From: Gammaproteobacteria bacterium
GTDB taxonomy: Bacteria > Pseudomonadota > Gammaproteobacteria > SZUA-229
Direction: 5' to 3'
Assembly (NCBI GenBank): GCA_015488885.1
Contig: WFMW01000012.1
Location: forward strand, 38,354-102,353
DNA length: 64,000 bases
Positions 32,252-40,738 of this stretch are shown one piece after another. A program made the position numbers and the translations under genes. The notes under the pieces were generated by a model, which was not told where the DNA came from, ran no database searches, and was given only the letters and a program-made list of their open reading frames with translations. Positions within the stretch are counted from its first letter, which is position 1, and every line of letters begins with the position of its first letter.

Positions 32252-32545
32252 TCAGCTAACCCGATTTTTATTGACCATCGCCATACGTACCTGTTGCACC
32301 ATCTCGGCAATATCTGGATTTGTGGATGGCATGTTAGCCATTAACAGGTCGAACAAGGTCTGGTCGGGGTATTGGAGCAGCCGGGTAAAAACCTGATGCT
32401 GAGTTTCGTTTAACTGTGAATATTTTCTGTCCAGAAAGGTATTCAACAAAATATCCAGTTCCAGCATGCCCCGTCGGCATTGCCAGCGCAGTTCGGACAG
32501 TGAAACTGCCTGTACGCTTTCATTAACCGGTTTTGTAATTGGCAT
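32252..32545 (-). CDS. sdhE: Succinate dehydrogenase flavinylation factor SdhE
   Basis: ELRWQCRRGMLELDILL contains the SdhE RGxxE motif. About 90 aa. Immediately downstream of sdhB. Confidence 0.75.
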   Translation of the reverse strand: MPITKPVNESVQAVSLSELRWQCRRGMLELDILLNTFLDRKYSQLNETQHQVFTRLLQYPDQTLFDLLMANMPSTNPDIAEMVQQVRMAMVNKNRVS

Positions 32546-32564
32546 TATTCAGGTTAATCCAGAA

Positions 32565-33263
32565 TTATAATGAACGGGTAACCATGCGTCTTTTAATATT
32601 ACCAATTGCCCGGGTCGGGTTTAAGCCTTTGGGACAGACCTGTACGCAATTCATAATAGTATGACAACGGAACAGTTTGAATGGCCCTTCCAGTTCCTGC
32701 AAACGTTGTTCCAGTTTCTGGTCACGGCTGTCTTCGATAAAACGGGAAGCCTGCAACAGGGCCGCCGGGCCCAGAAATTTATCCGGATTCCACCAGTAGG
32801 AGGGGCATGCAGTTGAACAACAGGCACATAAAACACATTCAATCAGGCCATCCAGCCGGTCACGTTGTTGCGGTGTCTGACTGAGTTCAACGTCAGGCAT
32901 CGGATCGGTGACGGTCAAATAAGGCTTGACGGCCCGATATTGATGATAAAACGGTTCCATATCAATAATCAGGTCACGAATCACTGGCATCCCCGGCAGT
33001 GGATTGATAACCACCGGTTCCTGCAGTGAATCAATCGGGGTGATACAGGCCAGCCCGTTTACCCCGTTAATATTCATGCCATCCGAGCCACAGACCCCTT
33101 CACCACAGGAACGACGAAAACTCAGACTTTCATCCTGCTCATCTTTAATACGCAATAATGCCGCCAGCAACATCGTACCGGGGGCAATATCAGCCAGTTC
33201 ATAATCCTGCGTATAAGGGGCGGTATCTTTTTCCGGATTATATCGGTAAATGGTAAATTTCAT
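32565..33263 (-). CDS. sdhB: Succinate dehydrogenase iron-sulfur subunit
   Basis: MKFTIYRYNPEKD N-terminus and three Cys clusters (CGEGVCGSDGMNING, CVLCACCSTACP, CHTIMNCVQVCPKG). Confidence 0.9.
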   Translation of the reverse strand: MKFTIYRYNPEKDTAPYTQDYELADIAPGTMLLAALLRIKDEQDESLSFRRSCGEGVCGSDGMNINGVNGLACITPIDSLQEPVVINPLPGMPVIRDLIIDMEPFYHQYRAVKPYLTVTDPMPDVELSQTPQQRDRLDGLIECVLCACCSTACPSYWWNPDKFLGPAALLQASRFIEDSRDQKLEQRLQELEGPFKLFRCHTIMNCVQVCPKGLNPTRAIGNIKRRMVTRSL

Positions 33264-33318
33264 TTTATACTCCGCTGTTTACTCCGGGAAATAGCTGGAT
33301 GATATTGACTTAATGACA

Positions 33319-35085
33319 TTAATAAGTACGCGCTTTGGGTGGAAAGCTGTCAACGGTTATCGGTTTGGTACGTACCGGTTTATAATCCAGACCATGTTCC
33401 AGTGAATACAGGGTATGACGCATCCAGTTTTTATCATCCCGATCAGGATAATCAATGCGCGAATGCGCGCCCCGGCTTTCCTTACGGGCATAGGCTGAAT
33501 GCATGGTTGCCAGTGCCACATACATTAAATTTTCCAGCTCCAGCGCTTCCACTTTTGCGGTATTAAACACACTGCTGTGATCGTCGATTCTGGCATTTTT
33601 TATGCGTTCAGCCAGTTGCTCGATTTTCTCCACACCTTCACGCAACACCTCATCGGTACGGTAAACACTACAGTGAGATTCCATCAGCTGTTTGAGTTCG
33701 GCACGTAAAGCCGCCACCGGTTCACCATCGGGGTTGGGGTTCTCCCAGCGTTGCAGGCGTTGCATGGCCGCTTCGACGCTGCTTTCATCCATGGGCCGGT
33801 GATAACGGTTTTCCTGCAGATACTCAATAATGTGATTGCCCGCAGCCCGTCCGAACACCAGAATATCGAGCAGTGAATTACCGCCCAGCCGATTGCCACC
33901 ATGTACCGAAACGCAGGCACATTCACCGGCTGCATACAGACCGGCTACCGGCTCCTCCGGGGTATCTTTTACCGGCACTACCACCTGACCAAAGCGGTTG
34001 GTGGGAATCCCGCCCATCATGTAATGTGCGGTTGGCGACACGGGTATGGGGGCCTTGGCCGGGTCAATACCCAGAAAAGTAATGCTGGTCTGGCGAATAC
34101 CGGGCAGGCGTTTCTGCACCACCTCTTCACCGAGATGATCGAGACGCAGCAGTACATAATCTTTATTCGGGCCGCAACCACGACCTTCGCGAAGTTCGGT
34201 CATAATCGCCCGACTCACGACATCCCGGCAGGCAAGGTCTTTCACTGACGGCGCATAACGTTCCATAAAACGTTCATTTTCACTGTTCAGCAGATAACCG
34301 CCTTCTCCCCGCGCCGCTTCGGTAATTAACATACCGTGCCCGGCAACCCCGGTGGGGTGAAACTGGAAAAACTCCAGATCCTGCAGCGGAATACCGGCAC
34401 GTAAGGCCATCCCCATACCATCACCGGTATTGATTAAGGCATTGGTGGTATTTTTAAACTGCTGTCCGGCACCACCGGTGGCCAGTAAGGTGGTTTTGGC
34501 TTCGATGACAAGTACCTCACCATTTTGAATATTAAAAACCAGCGCACCCAGTACATGACCTTCATTATCCTTAAGCAAATCAACCGCAAAATATTCATCA
34601 AAAAAATGGGTTTTGGCGCGAATATTCTGCTGATATAAACTGTGCAAAATAGCATGACCGGTACGGTCGGCAGCAGCACAGGTGCGTATGGCCTGGCCAT
34701 CACCAAAATTAAGACTCTGGCCGCCAAAGGCACGCTGGTAGATTTTGCCATTATCGAGCCGTGAAAACGGCACGCCAAAATGTTCCAGTTCGTAAACCGC
34801 TTTGGGCGCAGCACGACACATGTATTCAATCGCGTCCTGATCGCCCAGATAATCGCCGCCTTTTACCGTATCGAACATATGCCAGTGCCAGTTATCATTG
34901 ATAACATTGGCCAGTGCCGCATTCACCCCGCCCTGAGCCGCGACGGTGTGTGAACGGATGGGGAAAACTTTTGATACCACCGCCACATTCACATCAGCAG
35001 CGGCCAGTTGCAGCGAAGCTCGCAGCCCGCCGCCGCCAGCACCGATGATTAATGTATCAAACTGACGACGTTGTATCTGACTCAT
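33319..35085 (-). CDS. sdhA: Succinate dehydrogenase flavoprotein subunit
   Basis: [18 protein letters not shown]-binding motif, the [10 protein letters not shown] covalent-FAD His region, and a 588 aa length. Confidence 0.9.
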   Translation of the reverse strand: MSQIQRRQFDTLIIGAGGGGLRASLQLAAADVNVAVVSKVFPIRSHTVAAQGGVNAALANVINDNWHWHMFDTVKGGDYLGDQDAIEYMCRAAPKAVYELEHFGVPFSRLDNGKIYQRAFGGQSLNFGDGQAIRTCAAADRTGHAILHSLYQQNIRAKTHFFDEYFAVDLLKDNEGHVLGALVFNIQNGEVLVIEAKTTLLATGGAGQQFKNTTNALINTGDGMGMALRAGIPLQDLEFFQFHPTGVAGHGMLITEAARGEGGYLLNSENERFMERYAPSVKDLACRDVVSRAIMTELREGRGCGPNKDYVLLRLDHLGEEVVQKRLPGIRQTSITFLGIDPAKAPIPVSPTAHYMMGGIPTNRFGQVVVPVKDTPEEPVAGLYAAGECACVSVHGGNRLGGNSLLDILVFGRAAGNHIIEYLQENRYHRPMDESSVEAAMQRLQRWENPNPDGEPVAALRAELKQLMESHCSVYRTDEVLREGVEKIEQLAERIKNARIDDHSSVFNTAKVEALELENLMYVALATMHSAYARKESRGAHSRIDYPDRDDKNWMRHTLYSLEHGLDYKPVRTKPITVDSFPPKARTY

Positions 35086-35094
35086 AAAAAAACC

Positions 35095-35442
35095 TCAGGC
35101 GACCACAGACAACAGCAATAGACGGAACACCCATAAACCACTGCCCAATAAAATACCGATCAGCATACCTAAAATAAAGATACGCAGCATAATGTTGTGC
35201 ACATAATCGAGCACCACATCGCGTATACCAATCCAGGCATGAAACAGAACAGCGATAACAAACAGGCCGACCGCCGTCGTATTAAACGGGGCAAATAACC
35301 AGCCTTTCCAGCTTGCATAACTCACCGTGGTATCCGCACCCAGCAAGCACCAGGCAACATAAAGTGTGAACAACAGCATATACACCGCGCTCACACGCTG
35401 TATCACCCACGGTCGCAGTCCTTCCAGTACATATAAGCTCAT
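35095..35442 (-). CDS. sdhD: Succinate dehydrogenase hydrophobic membrane anchor SdhD
   Basis: 115 aa three-TM protein between sdhC and sdhA. Confidence 0.8.
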   Translation of the reverse strand: MSLYVLEGLRPWVIQRVSAVYMLLFTLYVAWCLLGADTTVSYASWKGWLFAPFNTTAVGLFVIAVLFHAWIGIRDVVLDYVHNIMLRIFILGMLIGILLGSGLWVFRLLLLSVVA

Positions 35443-35843
35443 TACAGCACCCCGTATAAAACGATGGCCAGAACCGTTATCACTTCAGCGCCAATCACCA
35501 GCCAGGCACCGGTTCGTGAATCGGTTTTTTCCACCCCGATATCGGCATCAATCAGCAAAAAACGTATGCCCGCAAAAAAATGATGTGCAAACGCCCACAG
35601 AATTAGTATTTCTAAAATCACCACCACTGGTTGATGTAAAATGCGCTGAACCTGCTGAAAACCATTTTGTGAGCTAACCGAGAGATCGAGTAGATAAACA
35701 ATGAAAGGAAGGCTAACGAATAACCCTACGCCAGACACCCTGTGCGCCAGTGACACCATACCGGGCAAGGGTAAGCGAATTTTAAGTAGATTTAGATAAA
35801 CTGGACGATGATTTTTAATATTATTATTCATATTATTATACAT
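35442..35843 (-). CDS. sdhC: Succinate dehydrogenase cytochrome b556 subunit SdhC
   Basis: NHRPVYLNL...HRVSG matches E. coli SdhC (KKQRPVNLDL...HRVSG). The start is trimmed to an internal Met; the exact start is uncertain. Confidence 0.7.
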   Translation of the reverse strand: MYNNMNNNIKNHRPVYLNLLKIRLPLPGMVSLAHRVSGVGLFVSLPFIVYLLDLSVSSQNGFQQVQRILHQPVVVILEILILWAFAHHFFAGIRFLLIDADIGVEKTDSRTGAWLVIGAEVITVLAIVLYGVL

Positions 35844-36216
35844 GGCTTTATTCCAAAGAACCAAAAACAGATCTGCCTTATAAAGCAACACCGTAGATAA
35901 CTCAAAAATAATCCAGTCAGACTACCACTCCGACATTATATCCCCCTGCTGGTTCAGTCTAATCCTTTCTAAACATGAACTAAAACTGAAGAACTGTCAA
36001 GGTGGATATCAACTCAACGACAATGAACAAGGATCATAAAGCGAGGATCATGAAAGGCAGTGCTGAGGGTATATAACCGCGTATATCTTCACATAGCGCC
36101 GCCGGTGCTATCTACAAATAACGCAGAGTGTCAGGTGAGGCATTCCTACACGGAGCGATGAGAACGATATGTAATGGCCAGGCAAATACTGGCGTTTTCC
36201 TGCCTGCTAACAAGGC

Positions 36217-37620
36217 TCAACGGTCAACTTTTTTTATATAAGTGATAGCCCACTCAAGTCGTTGCAGGGTTCTCTGTTTACCCAGTAGCGCCAGCGTAAT
36301 ATCAATGGAGGGTGATTTACCGCTGCCGGTCACCGCCAGGCGCAACGGCTGGCCTACCTTGCCAAAACCAACGTCAAAAGTTTTAACCGTGTTTTCTACA
36401 ACCTGATGAATCGCTTCAGCCTGCCAGTTCTGCAAGTCACTATACTGCTGTTGCAGGCTTTGCAATATCGGTAATACTGCCGGTTTAAACTGCTTCTTAG
36501 CCTGTTTGGTATTATATTCAGCAAAGTCGTCATACAGAAAACGGATTTCTTCTGCCAGTTCAACCAGTGTCGCACAACGTTCCTGAAAAACCTTTAATAC
36601 CGCCTGCAAATCTGCGCCATTGTCGGTGCTGTAGCCCGCTTTTTTGATATAGGGCTGTAGCAGTTTCGCCACCTTTTCAGGCGGCTTGTTTTTAATATAA
36701 TGTTGATTCAGCCAGCGTAGTTTTTCAGTATTGAATGCCGAGGGCGAGGTGTTGATATCCACCACATCGAACAGGGCGATCATTTCCTCACGACTGAAAA
36801 TTTCCTGATCACCATGCGACCAGCTCAGGCGTACCAGATAATTGATCAACGCTTCGGGCAAAAAACCGTTGTCTTTATACTGCATCACACTTACCGCGCC
36901 ATGGCGTTTGGACAAACGTTTACCATCGTCACCCAGAATCATCGGCACATGTGCGTAGATCGGTAACTGAGCGCCCAGCGCCTTGAGAATATTAATCTGT
37001 CGCGGGGTATTATTCAGGTGGTCATCACCACGAATAATATGTGTCATTTTCATGTCCCAGTCATCAACCACGACGGTAAGATTATAGGTGGGCGTGCCAT
37101 CAGCACGGGCAATGACCAGATCATCGAGTTCACGATTATTGATGACCACACGGCCTTTTACCAGATCATCAATAACTACGTCACCGTCCAGCGGGTTTTT
37201 GAAGCGAATCACCGTATGCGCCGACGCAGGCAGATTTTTATCACGACAACAACCATCATAACGGGGCTTTTCATGATTCGCCATCTGACGCTCACGTAAC
37301 GCTGCCAGATGTTCCCTGCTGCAGTCACAGTAATAGGCATGGCCGCTGTCAAGTAACTGCGCGATGACTTCACGATAACGCTCGAAGCGCTGTGTCTGGT
37401 AAAACGGACCTTCATCGTAATCCAGCCCGAGCCAGTCCATAGCGTCAAGAATGGCCTGCACGGACGCGTCGGTGGAACGTTCACGGTCGGTATCTTCAAT
37501 CCGCAGAATAAACTGCCCCCCCATCTTGCGGGCATAAAGCCACGAAAACAACGCAGTACGGGCACCCCCCACATGAAGATAACCAGTGGGACTAGGGGCA
37601 AAACGGGTACGAACAGACAT
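36217..37620 (-). CDS. gltX: Glutamate--tRNA ligase
   Basis: RFAPSPTGYLHVGGARTAL (HIGH motif) and the KLSKRHG (KMSKS) motif. Confidence 0.9.
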   Translation of the reverse strand: MSVRTRFAPSPTGYLHVGGARTALFSWLYARKMGGQFILRIEDTDRERSTDASVQAILDAMDWLGLDYDEGPFYQTQRFERYREVIAQLLDSGHAYYCDCSREHLAALRERQMANHEKPRYDGCCRDKNLPASAHTVIRFKNPLDGDVVIDDLVKGRVVINNRELDDLVIARADGTPTYNLTVVVDDWDMKMTHIIRGDDHLNNTPRQINILKALGAQLPIYAHVPMILGDDGKRLSKRHGAVSVMQYKDNGFLPEALINYLVRLSWSHGDQEIFSREEMIALFDVVDINTSPSAFNTEKLRWLNQHYIKNKPPEKVAKLLQPYIKKAGYSTDNGADLQAVLKVFQERCATLVELAEEIRFLYDDFAEYNTKQAKKQFKPAVLPILQSLQQQYSDLQNWQAEAIHQVVENTVKTFDVGFGKVGQPLRLAVTGSGKSPSIDITLALLGKQRTLQRLEWAITYIKKVDR

Positions 37621-37737
37621 CAGCTATTCCAGTTAAATAATGATTAGGTCGCAGATTTTAATATAAAAACCGGATAGATAATAGATAACAAATATACAGA
37701 CAGGTAAAAAGCTGGCAATGGATAACGGCCAACTTTT

Positions 37738-37772
37738 GTAACTACACAGCGAGTAGTTACCAACTTTTTTCC
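37738..37772 (+). terminator. Terminator-like hairpin (8 bp stem gtaactac/gtagttac, 7 nt loop, then caac+T6) 20 nt upstream of the queG ATG
   Basis: Direct inspection. Possible end of a short plus-strand transcript, or an attenuator. Confidence 0.3.
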
Positions 37773-37791
37773 TTTAATATAAACTACCACC

Positions 37792-38862
37792 ATGCCGGAT
37801 AGAAACAACATCGACAATGAAACCCTGTTAAAACAGATTAAACAGTGGGCTGCGCTGGCAGGCTTTCAGCAACTCGGGGTCAGTGATATTCATCTGCGTG
37901 AACATGAAGCACATTTGAATAACTGGCTGGCGGCAGGGTTTCATGGCGATATGGCATATATGCAAAAACATGGCACCAAACGCAGCCGCCCGGAACAGCT
38001 CATCGCGCACACCTGCCGGGTTATTTCAGTACGCATGGATTATATGCCACCAGATTGCGAACGGGCGGACAAGGTGCTGGCCAGCGCAGAAAAAGGTTAT
38101 ATTTCCCGTTACGCCCTGGGGCGCGACTACCATAAAGTTATGCGCAAGCGCCTGCAGAAACTGGCTGAAAAAATTCAGGCCAGGGTTGGCAAAATGGGTT
38201 ACCGTGTTTTTGTTGACAGCGCGCCGGTACTGGAAAAGGCACTGGCAGAAAAAGCAGGCCTTGGCTGGATAGGTAAACACAGCAATCTGATTAACCATAA
38301 AGCCGGGTCGTGGTTTTTTCTGGGTGAAATTTTTACCGACCTGCCCTTACCGGTCACCACAACCAGCATTGATAATCATTGCGGTCACTGCACCGCCTGT
38401 ATGGATTGCTGCCCGACACAGGCTATTGTCGCCCCCTACACGGTGGATGCACGGCGCTGTATTTCCTACCTGACCATCGAACTTCACGGCAGCATTCCGC
38501 CTGCATTGCGCGCAGCCATGGGTAACCGGATATACGGCTGTGATGATTGCCAGTTAGCCTGTCCGTGGAACCGCTTTGCCCAACCGACCGGTGAAACCGA
38601 TTTCTTTACCCGTCATCCACTGGATGCGGCAGATTTAATCGACCTGTTCAACTGGGATGAAACGCAGTTTCTGCGGCGCACCGAAGGTTCACCCATACGC
38701 CGGATCGGTTATGCCCGCTGGCTGCGTAATATTGCGGTGGCTTTGGGTAATGCCCCGCAAACCGAGGCGGTTAAACAGGCTTTATTAAATAAAAAAGCCG
38801 GTTTAAATATTGACAACAAAGCCATGGTTACAGAACATATAGACTGGGCGCTGAAGAAATAA
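37792..38862 (+). CDS. queG: Epoxyqueuosine reductase
   Basis: Two 4Fe-4S ferredoxin motifs (CGHCTACMDCCP, CDDCQLACPWN) and a cobalamin-binding-like N-domain. Confidence 0.85.
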   Translation: MPDRNNIDNETLLKQIKQWAALAGFQQLGVSDIHLREHEAHLNNWLAAGFHGDMAYMQKHGTKRSRPEQLIAHTCRVISVRMDYMPPDCERADKVLASAEKGYISRYALGRDYHKVMRKRLQKLAEKIQARVGKMGYRVFVDSAPVLEKALAEKAGLGWIGKHSNLINHKAGSWFFLGEIFTDLPLPVTTTSIDNHCGHCTACMDCCPTQAIVAPYTVDARRCISYLTIELHGSIPPALRAAMGNRIYGCDDCQLACPWNRFAQPTGETDFFTRHPLDAADLIDLFNWDETQFLRRTEGSPIRRIGYARWLRNIAVALGNAPQTEAVKQALLNKKAGLNIDNKAMVTEHIDWALKK

Positions 38863-38863
38863 G

Positions 38864-40528
38864 TTAGGGAAACTCTGCACGCAATAGCCGGCAGTAATTC
38901 ATTAAATGATTCGTCGAATCATCATAACGTTGCGTCTCCTTACCTTCAGCAATAACATTTTCAATATCGCTGGCCATCTGTTTGCCGTATTCCACCCCCC
39001 ATTGATCAAAGGAATTAATATTCCAGATAATACCCTGTACAAATACCTTGTGTTCATACAGGGCAATCAATGAACCCAGAGTACGCGCATCAAGGCGTTC
39101 GAATATAATGGAATTGGTGGGTTTGTTACCTGCAAAGATTTTATGCGGCAGCACGGCTTTTATCTTTTCAGCCGCCATCCCACTGGCTTCAAGTTCTGCC
39201 AGTGCTTCAGCTTCGGTTTTACCCCGCATCAGAGCACGGGTCTGCGCAAAAAAGTTGGCCAGCAATACTTCATGCTGATTACCCAGTTTATTGCGCAGCG
39301 GATTACAGGTATTGGCCGGAATCAGAAAATCTACCGGCACCAGCCTGGTACCCTGATGGAATAACTGAAAGAAAGCATGCTGGCAGTTGCTGCCGGTTTC
39401 ACCCCAGACAATCGGCCCGGTCGTATAATCAACCTGCTGGCCCTGACGGTTGATGGTTTTACCATTACTTTCCATATCCAGTTGCTGTAAAAAAGCCGAA
39501 AATCGGCGCAGATACTGGTTATAGGAAATAACGGCATAACTTTGTGCCGCAAAAAAATGGCTGTACCAGATACCAAGCAAGGCCATAATAACCGGCATGT
39601 TTTTTTCGATGGGCGCGGTTTTGAAATGCTGATCCATGGCATGCGCGCCATCCAGTAGTTGCTCAAAGCGATCCATGCCAATATATAAGGCAATCGGCAG
39701 ACCAATGGCAGACCAGAGTGAATAACGCCCACCCACCCAGTCCCAGAACTCGAACATATTCTCTTCCAGGATGCCAAATTCCGTGGCTTTTTCACGGTTG
39801 GTGGTAACGGCAACAAAATGTCTGGCAATGGCTTTTTTGTCATTGGTATGGTTGATAAACCAGTTACGTGCACTATGTGCATTTAACATGGTTTCCTGCG
39901 TAGTAAATGATTTTGACGAAACAATAAACAGGGTTGATTCAGGCTGTACCCGTTTTAATATTTCAGTGAGATGGGTCGGGTCAACATTGGAGACAAAATG
40001 CACATCGAGACCGCGTTGAGCATAGGGTTTCATCGAATCACACACCACATGCGGACCTAAATCGGAGCCGCCAATACCAATATTGACGATATCCTTAAAC
40101 AGATGGCCACTATAACCACGCAAATGCCCGCCACGTATCCGTCCGCTAAAATAGCGCATTTGCGCCAGCACCCGGTTAATTTTTGGCATAACATTTTCAC
40201 CCTCGACAAAAACCGGGGTGTTACTGCGATTACGCAAGGCAGTATGCAGGGCTGGACGAAACTCTGAAATATTAATGGCTTCACCAGCGAACATTTTATC
40301 GCGCCAGTCGAAGACATGGCGTTCTCTCACCAGTTCACAAAGCAGTTTGAAGGTTTCGTCATTAATGCGGTTTTTGGAAAAATCCAGCAGGATATCATCC
40401 ATCTGCGTGCTGAATTTATTAAATCGTTGGTTGTCCTGCGCGAACATATCACGCATCGAGGTATTTTTTATTGACTTAAAATGGGCTTGCAAAGCTTGCC
40501 ATGCGGGAGACTGTATTAAAGTTGACAT
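38864..40528 (-). CDS. pgi: Glucose-6-phosphate isomerase
   Basis: MSTLIQSPAWQALQAHF aligns to the E. coli Pgi N-terminus, so the start is trimmed to 40528. DIVNIGIGGSDLGP motif. Confidence 0.9.
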   Translation of the reverse strand: MSTLIQSPAWQALQAHFKSIKNTSMRDMFAQDNQRFNKFSTQMDDILLDFSKNRINDETFKLLCELVRERHVFDWRDKMFAGEAINISEFRPALHTALRNRSNTPVFVEGENVMPKINRVLAQMRYFSGRIRGGHLRGYSGHLFKDIVNIGIGGSDLGPHVVCDSMKPYAQRGLDVHFVSNVDPTHLTEILKRVQPESTLFIVSSKSFTTQETMLNAHSARNWFINHTNDKKAIARHFVAVTTNREKATEFGILEENMFEFWDWVGGRYSLWSAIGLPIALYIGMDRFEQLLDGAHAMDQHFKTAPIEKNMPVIMALLGIWYSHFFAAQSYAVISYNQYLRRFSAFLQQLDMESNGKTINRQGQQVDYTTGPIVWGETGSNCQHAFFQLFHQGTRLVPVDFLIPANTCNPLRNKLGNQHEVLLANFFAQTRALMRGKTEAEALAELEASGMAAEKIKAVLPHKIFAGNKPTNSIIFERLDARTLGSLIALYEHKVFVQGIIWNINSFDQWGVEYGKQMASDIENVIAEGKETQRYDDSTNHLMNYCRLLRAEFP

Positions 40529-40738
40529 AATTGTATTGACATCATTCCTGTTTTTTTGCGGAAACATTCTTGCGGAAACAACGAACCTTACGGAACGGAT
40601 TATTTTATATCACGATGGTCTGTTTTTCTGACTGACATTACTACAAATGCGATATAATTGCCCATTCATTTGTTATTATCGCATTTTTTATCATCGCCGG
40701 TTTTTCATCGGTGCTTTATTTTACCCCTGCTGGATATT

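Noticed and set aside
36000-36216. Hairpin caggca...tgcctg downstream of gltX, and a search for tRNA genes that flank gltX in E. coli
   Set aside because: The stem is only 6 bp with no U-run. No tRNA-like cloverleaf or TTCGAAT loop was found in 35892-36216.
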